Source of the DNA: Phycisphaerales bacterium
GTDB taxonomy: Bacteria > Planctomycetota > Phycisphaerae > Phycisphaerales > UBA1924
NCBI GenBank assembly: GCA_044226385.1
Contig: JBGAHA010000011.1
Coordinates: 14,820 to 78,819 of the forward strand
Direction of reading: 5' to 3'
Length of the DNA stretch: 64,000 bases
Part shown: positions 9,250 to 17,005 of the stretch, piece by piece
Layout: every line of letters starts with the position of its first letter
Numbering within the stretch: the stretch's first letter is position 1
Notes under the pieces: model-generated
Told to the model about the DNA's origin: nothing
The model's input: the letters and a program-made list of their open reading frames with translations, nothing else
Database searches by the model: none
Program-made: the position numbers and the translations under genes

Positions 9250-11172
9250 ATGTCCCCCAAGAACCGGGCCACCACGGTCACGCTGATCCCTTCGCTCCTG
9301 TGCCTCGTCGCCTCCCTGGCGATCGGCCAGAACGCCCCGCCCCCGCCCGCCGAGGATCTCATCCCTTCGCCGGCGGACCAGAAGCAGCCCGCCGGGCCCG
9401 AGAACCCGGCCCCGGCGCCCGCGGATCCACCTCCCGCTCCCGAGAAAGAGCCCGAGGCCGAGCCCGATCTTCCCAGCGATCCGCGGATCGACCCCCACAC
9501 GGGTCGCCAGCTCTCCACCTGGCAGCCTTCCCCGCAGTTCGACTACCAGCACATGCGGCTGGAGCTGGACTTTCCGGACCTTTCCAAGCCGACCTTGGTG
9601 GGCAAGGAGACGCTGACGGCGATCGCCCTTGGAAAGCCTCGGGAGACGATGCGGCTGGACGCGAAGAAGATCGGCGTGCGGTCGGTGCAGGTCGGCCGCA
9701 AGCCCGCGAAGTTCGACAACAACGGCTCGGAGCTGCTGATCCATTTCCCGCAGGCCGCGGCGGTGGGGGAGCAGGTCGAGGTGGTAATCTCCTATGACGT
9801 GGACTTTGGGTACTGCAAGGGTCAGGGGCTGACATGGTCGGCGCCCAAGCCCGATGCGAAGAGCCCGTCGGACCAGGTGGTGCAGATCCACAGCCAGGGA
9901 GAAGCGCAGGACAACAGCTGCTGGTTCTGCTGCCACGACTATCCCAACGAGAAGCTCACGACCGAACTGATCGTGACGGTCGAGGAGGGGTACGACGTGT
10001 CCTCCAACGGGCGGCTGGTCTCCAAGGAGGCGGCGAGCGCGGGACGGACGCGGTGGCACTGGCTCCAGGACAAGCCGCACGCCAACTACCTGGTGACGCT
10101 GGTGATCGGGAAATTCTCGATCGTGGAGGTAGGGGGGCCTGAGTCGGCGACGCCCTGGCTCTCGGTGCCGGTGTACACGCCGATCGGCACGGAAGAGGAT
10201 GCGCGGCGGCTGTACCAGAACACGCCGGCGATGATCGCGTATTTCGGGGAGCTTTTCGACGAGCCGTACCCGTGGGACCGTTATGCGCAGCTGATCTGCC
10301 GTGATTTTGTGTGGGGCGGGATGGAGAACACGTCGGCGACGACGATGACGCGAGGGAGCCTCTCGGGTGAGGACGGCAGCCAGGATTCATTGATCTCCCA
10401 CGAGCTGGGGCACCAGTGGTTCGGGGATCTGGTCACCTGCAAGGGGTGGGAGAACCTGTGGCTGAACGAGGGGTGGGCGAGCTTCTGCGAGGCGCTGTGG
10501 GATGAGCACGCGGCGGGGACGGATCCCGCGGCGCGGCGCAAGGCGTACCAGCGGGCGGTCAGCGGGTTCCTTGCCGGCCAGCGAGCACGCAACAGCTCGT
10601 CGGCGCCGGATTCTCCCGCGCTGGTCAGCAACCGGTACATGAACGAGATGCAGGTGATGTCGAAGCCCGACGATGTCTACGGCAAGGGCGCGATGGTCCT
10701 GCACATGCTGCGGATGCGGCTGGGTGATGACGCGTTCTTTGCGGGGACGCGGCTCTACCTGAACCGCTTCAAGTTCAAGCACGCGACGTCCGACGATTTC
10801 CGCCGCTGCTTGGAAGAGACGTCGGGCCAGAGTCTGGATCGGTTCTTCGCCCAGTGGACGCTGCGCCCGGGGATGCCGCGGCTGGAGATTTCCTACGACT
10901 TTGACGCTTCGTCCTCCCAGCTGACCATCGGGGTGGACCAGACGCAGCGCGTGGACGCCGACAACCCCGCGTACGCGTTCTCACTGCCGTTCTATGTGAA
11001 ATACCCGGGCGGCCCGGGGGAGTACCTCCACCTGGATGTCGATACTCGCCAGGCGAAGGCGGTGTTTGAGGTCCGGGAGAAGCCCTCGTCCATCTCGGTG
11101 GATCCGCGCCTGACCGTGATGGCGGCGCACAAGGTCACCAGGGAACTCGAGCCCAAGGTCGAGTCCGAGTAA
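9250..11172 (+). CDS. Secreted M1-family aminopeptidase (aminopeptidase N-like)
   Basis: Signal-peptide-like N-terminus 'TLIPSLLCLVASLAIGQ'; exopeptidase motif 'GGMENTSATTM'; zinc motif 'HELGHQWFGDLVTCKGWENLWLNEGWASF' (HEXXH-18-E). Confidence 0.9.
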   Translation: MSPKNRATTVTLIPSLLCLVASLAIGQNAPPPPAEDLIPSPADQKQPAGPENPAPAPADPPPAPEKEPEAEPDLPSDPRIDPHTGRQLSTWQPSPQFDYQHMRLELDFPDLSKPTLVGKETLTAIALGKPRETMRLDAKKIGVRSVQVGRKPAKFDNNGSELLIHFPQAAAVGEQVEVVISYDVDFGYCKGQGLTWSAPKPDAKSPSDQVVQIHSQGEAQDNSCWFCCHDYPNEKLTTELIVTVEEGYDVSSNGRLVSKEAASAGRTRWHWLQDKPHANYLVTLVIGKFSIVEVGGPESATPWLSVPVYTPIGTEEDARRLYQNTPAMIAYFGELFDEPYPWDRYAQLICRDFVWGGMENTSATTMTRGSLSGEDGSQDSLISHELGHQWFGDLVTCKGWENLWLNEGWASFCEALWDEHAAGTDPAARRKAYQRAVSGFLAGQRARNSSSAPDSPALVSNRYMNEMQVMSKPDDVYGKGAMVLHMLRMRLGDDAFFAGTRLYLNRFKFKHATSDDFRRCLEETSGQSLDRFFAQWTLRPGMPRLEISYDFDASSSQLTIGVDQTQRVDADNPAYAFSLPFYVKYPGGPGEYLHLDVDTRQAKAVFEVREKPSSISVDPRLTVMAAHKVTRELEPKVESE

Positions 11173-11254
11173 CGAAGCCCCGGCCGCTCCCGACATCCCG
11201 CGTGCCCGTGAACCTCTCCTGACAGTGCCGATCGACCGACCCGTGAGTTCAACG

Positions 11255-13948
11255 ATGCCCACACGCTTCTTCCGCATTTCCGCTCTCACCCTCGCCCTGC
11301 TCGCGGGGTCCCCCGCGCCGGCAAGCGCCCAGCCCGGAGCGTTCGATCCTGAGACCGGCCGGGACCTGCTCAGCTATCCACGCCACCCGCTGGTGGATTA
11401 CACCCACATGAAGCTCAACATCCTCATCGCCGACATGAACGTGCGGCGGATGCAGGTGGTGCAAGAGCTGACCTTTACGGCGGGGCTGGCGCCGGTGGAG
11501 AGCCTCACCCTCGACGCGAAGCTGATGCAGGTCCAGAGCGTCACGGCGTCCACGGGCGGCGTGAGCTTTGAGCATGACGCCCAGAAGCTGGCGATCCGGT
11601 TCGAGACCCCCGTTCCCGCGGGAGCCTCGTGCACGCTCACCACGACCTACACGGTGACGACCCCTCCGTATGGGCTGGTCTGGACGCCGCAGGACCCCGC
11701 ATGGCCGGGCCGCGCGGCGCAGATCCACAGCAAGGGAGAGCCGGAGAACAACAGTTACTGGTTTCCGTGCCACGATTTTCCCAACGACCGCATGACGACC
11801 GAGATCATCGCCACCGTTCCCGCGGCGTACGACGTGGTTTCCAACGGGCGGCTGGTGAGGGTGGAGAACAAGGCGCTTTCTACGCGAGAGAGCACCGGGG
11901 AGACCACGGTGGATGCCCGCCTGGGCATGTTCCGCAAATTCCACTGGCTGCAGGACAAGCCCCACGTGCCGTACCTGGTCACGCTCGTCGTCGGGCGGTG
12001 GGATGTCGTGGATGTCGGCAACAAGAAGATGCCGATGCCTGTGTATGCCCCGGTCGGACGCGGACAGGACGTGGGGAGGAGCTTTGGCCGCACGGCGGAG
12101 ATGGTGGACGTCTTCGCCAAGGCCTTCGACGAGCCGTATCCGTGGGATCAGTACGCCCAGGTGCTGGTGCATAATTACTCGAGCGGGGCGACGGAGAACA
12201 CGTCGGCGACGTCGCTCAGCGACGCGAGCATCTACAGCGAGCAGGGCGTGATCGATTCGGATCCCGACGGGCTGGTGGCGCACGAATTGGCGCACCAGTG
12301 GTTCGGGGATCTGGTGACGTGCAGTTCGTGGGAGCACATCTGGCTCAACGAGGCGTGGGCGACGTACAGCGAGGGGCTGTGGTTCGAGCACCGGGACGGG
12401 CCGGCGGGGTACGAGGCGCACGTGTTTCGGGAGTTTCAGTCGGCGTTAGGCCAGGACACGGGAACAGCCCCGAAAACGCCGGCGATGGTGAGCCGCCAGT
12501 TCCGCCAGCCCCGCGAGGTCTTCACAAAGGCCGCGACGCCGTATGCGAAGGGCGCGTCGGTGCTGCACATGCTGCGCAGGCATATCGGGGACGCGGCGTT
12601 CTTCCGCGGCACCGCGGAGTATCTCAACCGCTTCAAGTTCAAGCAGGCCGAGACGTCCGACCTCCAGGCCGTGATGGAAGAGGCGTCGGGTGAATCGCTC
12701 GATCTCTTCTTCGCCCAGTGGTGCTACAGGCCGGGCTGCCCGCGGGTCAGCGTGAAGGCGTCCTGGGATGCGGGGGCCTCACGCCTGCACCTTGAGGCGC
12801 GGCAGACGCAGAAGATCGACGGCCCCAACCCAGCCTTTGAATTCGATCTGCCCGTGGTCGCCCGCCTGTCCGACGGGAGCGACCGCAAGGGCGTTCTCGC
12901 CGTCCGTGGACGCAGCGCCACGCTTGAGATGGAACTTCCTTCGGAGCCCGCGTGGATCGCGGTAGATCCCGACGCAAACATCCTGGCGCAGATCTCGATC
13001 GACGCCCCCGCCTCGTGGCTCGCCGCGGAGGCGAGGAAGGGTCCGAGCCTCGCCGCACGCGCCCAGGCGATCCGAAGCCTCGCCAAGCTCAAGGATGAAC
13101 GGGCGGCGGGGCTGTGCGAGATCGTTGTGTTCACGCCCGAGGAGCACGAACTTGTGAAGCTCGAGGCGATCAAGGCGCTGCGCACGCTCAAGGACGCCGG
13201 CACGCTGGAGACCTGCGTGCTGGGCCGCCCGCCCTCTCCGGCGGTCCGGGAGGCCGCGGTGACGACCCTTGCCGACATCGCGGCGGGCAGGAAGGACGAA
13301 GGCGCCCAGCGCGGCCGGGACCGCGCGGCGGAGATGCTCGTCAAGCTCTACGGGCTGGACCGCAGCACCAAGGTTCGGGCGGCGTGCATCTCCGGCCTGG
13401 GGACGCTCAAGGCCGTCCGCCACCAGCCGCTGATTCTCTCGGCGATGACGGAGGAGTCGCAGTCCGACCGCATCCGCCAGGGGGCGGTGCGGGCGCTGGG
13501 CAACCTCAACACGCCGGAGGGACTGGCGGCGGTGATGATCGCCGCGGGTGACGGCTCGTTCGACCGCACGCGTCCCGTGGCGTTCGACGCGCTGGTCAAG
13601 ATGAAGGAGCACGATCCCGACACGGTTCTGGAACTGCTCGCCAAGGTGCTGGACGACTGCGCGGATCGCACGCGCCGGGCCGCGGGCAAGGCGTTGGTGG
13701 ACCTGGGCGACCCCCGAGGCCTGGACGTGCTGCAGCGGCTGATCGACCGTTCAGAGGATCGCGCCGAGAAGCAGATGCTCACGGACTGGCTGAACGAGCT
13801 CACCGCCAAGGTGGAGAAGGCGGCGGGGAAGGAAGACATTTCCGGCGGGGATGCCCCCGGGGATGGCACGACGCCAAAGGGCGCGTCAGCTCAGGCGACT
13901 CCTGAGGATGACGCGACCGCAAAGGCAAAGTCGGTGGAAGCGAAATAG
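11255..13948 (+). CDS. Secreted M1-family aminopeptidase fused to C-terminal HEAT-like repeats
   Basis: Signal peptide 'MPTRFFRISALTLALLAGSPAPASAQ'; 'SGATENTSATSL'; 'HELAHQWFGDLVTCSSWEHIWLNEAWATY'. The C-terminal roughly 300 aa (about 13040-13948) are helical repeats, for example 'VREAAVTTLADI', 'VRAACISGLGTL', 'IRQGAVRALGNL', 'RRAAGKALVDLGDPRG'. Confidence 0.9.
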   Translation: MPTRFFRISALTLALLAGSPAPASAQPGAFDPETGRDLLSYPRHPLVDYTHMKLNILIADMNVRRMQVVQELTFTAGLAPVESLTLDAKLMQVQSVTASTGGVSFEHDAQKLAIRFETPVPAGASCTLTTTYTVTTPPYGLVWTPQDPAWPGRAAQIHSKGEPENNSYWFPCHDFPNDRMTTEIIATVPAAYDVVSNGRLVRVENKALSTRESTGETTVDARLGMFRKFHWLQDKPHVPYLVTLVVGRWDVVDVGNKKMPMPVYAPVGRGQDVGRSFGRTAEMVDVFAKAFDEPYPWDQYAQVLVHNYSSGATENTSATSLSDASIYSEQGVIDSDPDGLVAHELAHQWFGDLVTCSSWEHIWLNEAWATYSEGLWFEHRDGPAGYEAHVFREFQSALGQDTGTAPKTPAMVSRQFRQPREVFTKAATPYAKGASVLHMLRRHIGDAAFFRGTAEYLNRFKFKQAETSDLQAVMEEASGESLDLFFAQWCYRPGCPRVSVKASWDAGASRLHLEARQTQKIDGPNPAFEFDLPVVARLSDGSDRKGVLAVRGRSATLEMELPSEPAWIAVDPDANILAQISIDAPASWLAAEARKGPSLAARAQAIRSLAKLKDERAAGLCEIVVFTPEEHELVKLEAIKALRTLKDAGTLETCVLGRPPSPAVREAAVTTLADIAAGRKDEGAQRGRDRAAEMLVKLYGLDRSTKVRAACISGLGTLKAVRHQPLILSAMTEESQSDRIRQGAVRALGNLNTPEGLAAVMIAAGDGSFDRTRPVAFDALVKMKEHDPDTVLELLAKVLDDCADRTRRAAGKALVDLGDPRGLDVLQRLIDRSEDRAEKQMLTDWLNELTAKVEKAAGKEDISGGDAPGDGTTPKGASAQATPEDDATAKAKSVEAK

Positions 13949-14062
13949 GTTCTTGCAGCACGCCGCGAACTGCGCAAAGAACGTGGGACCACAGCCCTCG
14001 GCCTGGGCGCGGGTTCGTCGTACGCCGCGGAGGCGCTGATATTCAGCCAGAGTCGCCGGAGT

Positions 14063-14554
14063 TCAGCCCAGGTGCGCGAGCATCTGGTTGAAATCCATGG
14101 CCTGCTTGATCTCGCGCTTCTGGACCCACTTCACGCGGCAGACGCCTTCCGCCGACTGGCCGATGACGAACGTGCCGCGTCCGGAGATGTTCAGGTCCGA
14201 CCAGTACATGCCGAAGGCCTTGCAGACCGCGCGGTGCATGTCGGCCAGGAGCGTCTGCTTGAGCTGCATGGAATCCGCCCACGCCTTCTGCACGGCGAAG
14301 CTGTCGCAGGAGATGCCCACGACCTGCGCGCCCTTGCTCGCCCACGAGTCCATCTCGTTGTTGACGCACTTCATCTCGACCGAGCAGACGTCGGTGAAGG
14401 CCATCGGGTAGAAGCACAGCGCCACGTCTCCTTTCTTGACCTGCTCGGAGAGCGTCCAGTCTCCGCGGTGCTGGTCCTTGAGCGTGAAGTCGGGGGCGAG
14501 ATCTCCCGCGGCCAGGGGCGTTTCACGGGGCGTGAGGGGAGCGTTCTGTGCCAT
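14063..14554 (-). CDS. Peroxiredoxin (AhpC/TSA family)
   Basis: 'LAPDFTLKDQHRGDWTLSE..GDVALCFYPMAFTDVCSVEM' contains the PxxxTxxC peroxidatic-cysteine motif. The ATG at 14554 (MAQNAPL) fits typical family length. The ORF is open upstream to 14698. Confidence 0.85.
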   Translation of the reverse strand: MAQNAPLTPRETPLAAGDLAPDFTLKDQHRGDWTLSEQVKKGDVALCFYPMAFTDVCSVEMKCVNNEMDSWASKGAQVVGISCDSFAVQKAWADSMQLKQTLLADMHRAVCKAFGMYWSDLNISGRGTFVIGQSAEGVCRVKWVQKREIKQAMDFNQMLAHLG

Positions 14555-14785
14555 GGGGTGATTCCTTCCGGGGCCCGACCGTCCACCGTCCAGCGGGCCC
14601 AGATCCAGGGAATTGGTTGGGAAAAGAAATTGAGAACACGGCGGGGCGGGCGGTCCCGCGCCCCAGCGGACGTGTATCCTATTTCCGCACTGGCCCACAT
14701 GTCAGGTGCGTTCGCGGAGCGATCTGTGCCAGCACACACCCATGCCAACACCGTCGGATCGACCAGCACCGCCCAGGGCGGGGAC

Positions 14786-15691
14786 ATGATCACGCAGGGA
14801 TCGGTCGCCGGCCCCGCCGGCGGGACGCAGGGGGAGCTGGCGAGCCGATACCACGCCGTCTGTGATCGCGTCGCCAAGGCCGCGGCGCGGTCCGGACGTT
14901 CCGCCGCCGACATCATCCTCGTCGCCGTCACCAAGCACGCCGACCCCGACCAGATCCGCGGGATGATCGACCTGGGCCACCGGGACTTTGGTGAAAACCG
15001 CGTCCAGACGCTGATCCAGCACGCGGCGATGGTGGAGGAGTACATTGCGCGGCTCCGCGTGGTGCCCAGCGCCTCCCGGCCCGACCTTGCCGGCGGCCGG
15101 CTGCTGAGCGCGATCCGCTCGGGCAACGCGCCTTCATCGGCCAAGGCGGCCGGGCCCGTCAAGGCAGCGCCGGTGCGATGGCACCTGATCGGGCACCTCC
15201 AGCGTAACAAGGCCCGCAAGGCTCTTGAGTTCGTGCGGCTCGTGCACTCGGTTGATTCCCTGCGGCTGGCGGAGGAACTCCAGACCGCCGCGAACCGGCG
15301 TGAGGAGCCGGTGGACGTGCTGCTGCAGGTGAACTGCTCGGGGGAGGAGTCCAAGTTCGGCTGCCCCGTCCCCGCGGCGCAGCCGCTGGCCGAGCAGATC
15401 GACACGATGGCGAACGTGCGGGTTCGCGGCATGATGACGATGGCGCCGCTGGAATCCGATCCTGAGCAGACGCGGTCGGTTTTCCGGCGCTGCCGAGAGA
15501 TCTTCGAGGAGATCCGCACCACGGGCGTGGGCGGGGGCCACTTCAACATCCTCTCGATGGGGATGTCTGGGGACTTTGACGTGGCGATCGAAGAGGGCGC
15601 GAACGTGGTGCGGGTGGGGACGGCGATCTTCGGGGAGCCCAAGGCCGTTGAGGCGGGGCGTGAAGAGGAACGGGAAGAGCCGGGGCAGTAG
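14786..15691 (+). CDS. yggS: YggS-family pyridoxal-phosphate-binding protein
   Basis: 'ILVAVTKHADPDQI', 'FGENRVQTL', 'WHLIGHLQRNKARKA', 'LSMGMSGDFDVAIEEGANVVRVGTAIFG'. Start at ATG 14786 is chosen by alignment to the family N-terminus (14699 is also possible). There is an extra low-complexity segment between the FGEN and WHLIG motifs. Confidence 0.85.
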   Translation: MITQGSVAGPAGGTQGELASRYHAVCDRVAKAAARSGRSAADIILVAVTKHADPDQIRGMIDLGHRDFGENRVQTLIQHAAMVEEYIARLRVVPSASRPDLAGGRLLSAIRSGNAPSSAKAAGPVKAAPVRWHLIGHLQRNKARKALEFVRLVHSVDSLRLAEELQTAANRREEPVDVLLQVNCSGEESKFGCPVPAAQPLAEQIDTMANVRVRGMMTMAPLESDPEQTRSVFRRCREIFEEIRTTGVGGGHFNILSMGMSGDFDVAIEEGANVVRVGTAIFGEPKAVEAGREEEREEPGQ

Positions 15692-15708
15692 TCTCGTGAT
15701 CTGCAGCT

Positions 15709-16872
15709 TCATTGCTGGCGGATGGATCGAGCCGGAGACTCGTCGGCCGGCCATGGAAATTCGGCGGCTCGATCGGCGAGCGTGTGCAACACAGCCGCGA
15801 GCGGCACGGCGATGACGATGAATATCGCCAGCAATATGGCGGTGGCGCGCGGCGTTGTGGACCAGATCGGACCCGCTGTCGACGTCAACCAAAGAGGCCC
15901 GGATCCCGAGGGTGTCGAGAAGGTGACCTGGGAAGGTTGCTGCGCCGCGCGCAGGCGTTCCGCCGCATGCCGTACATGATCCGCAGAGCGTTTCAATTCC
16001 TCGGCCAGTCGCCGCGCCACGTCGTCGACCGGCAGCCCTCCAATCCGATCATCCATGGACCGGAGCCTTTCCGAAGCCGCGTACAGCTCGTCGCGGCCGC
16101 CGTCCGTCACAGTTGCCGCGGCGTCAGGAACTTTCAGGGTGCCGACGAACCGCGTTTCCACGGCGGTCACCGAAAGTGAGATGGCGACGACGTGAGGCAG
16201 ATCTTCGCGAAAAGAAATTGGATTCTCGCCCAGACGCAAAGGACGAAGGCTCTCGCAGCGAATGAGCAGCGTGGGGCCAGGATCCCGACTCACGTCTCCG
16301 GGATTTGACGGAGCGTGGTGCAGAAAAAACGGGATGGCGTCGATCCCGATGTCCGCCTGATACTCCAGCGGTATGGATGCGTGCAGGAGCGTGACCATGC
16401 CGACGGAAAGGCCGCATGAGAGCGAGACGGTGCGGACGGCAAGCATCCATCGACCCACAGGCTTCCACATAGCGCCGTGAACAAGCCCGCACTCCGGGCA
16501 GATCGAAGCGCCACCCGCCGGGTAAGCGCACCGGGGGCACTGAAGTCGCCGCAGCAGTTCGAGCTTTCGTAGCGTCCCGAAGAAGGAGAGTATTGGAATG
16601 CACACACTGCCTGCCGCCACGCCCAGGAGCGCGACCAGAATCAGCATTCGGAAGTCCGAAACGTTCAGCCCTGGCATTCCCCACGCAGTCGCGGCTCGTG
16701 CCAACGTGTGACCGGGGCCGCTGGTCGGCATCTTCCAGTGCGCCAGCCCAAGAATCGCGATTGTCACGGCGGAGGCGATCCAAAGATACGTCCCGGCGTG
16801 ATCACTCGTGCGGCCGACAGGGCTTGATCCACTTCGCGTACGCACTGACCCAGTGTCCCACGGGGACCTCAT
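15709..16872 (-). CDS. Hypothetical membrane protein with a CxxC..CPECG zinc-ribbon motif
   Basis: Motif 'CPRCAYPAGGASICPECG' at nt 16486-16539, flanked by hydrophobic segments, with a C-terminal transmembrane segment 'AILLAIFIVIAVPLAAVL'. Start is set at ATG 16872, because the longer ORF (to 17124) would overlap the upstream C25 peptidase gene. Confidence 0.5.
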   Translation of the reverse strand: MRSPWDTGSVRTRSGSSPVGRTSDHAGTYLWIASAVTIAILGLAHWKMPTSGPGHTLARAATAWGMPGLNVSDFRMLILVALLGVAAGSVCIPILSFFGTLRKLELLRRLQCPRCAYPAGGASICPECGLVHGAMWKPVGRWMLAVRTVSLSCGLSVGMVTLLHASIPLEYQADIGIDAIPFFLHHAPSNPGDVSRDPGPTLLIRCESLRPLRLGENPISFREDLPHVVAISLSVTAVETRFVGTLKVPDAAATVTDGGRDELYAASERLRSMDDRIGGLPVDDVARRLAEELKRSADHVRHAAERLRAAQQPSQVTFSTPSGSGPLWLTSTAGPIWSTTPRATAILLAIFIVIAVPLAAVLHTLADRAAEFPWPADESPARSIRQQ

Positions 16873-17005
16873 GCCGTCAAACGCAGAACCCTCGTGCGCA
16901 CGCGAGGGCGCCGAACCATGGAAACAGAGCGACCCGGCCTTTCGACCGGGTCGCTCGCAGAACTGTCTTGACTCTTCCGCACCACGGTGTGCGGACCTGA
17001 CCTTC

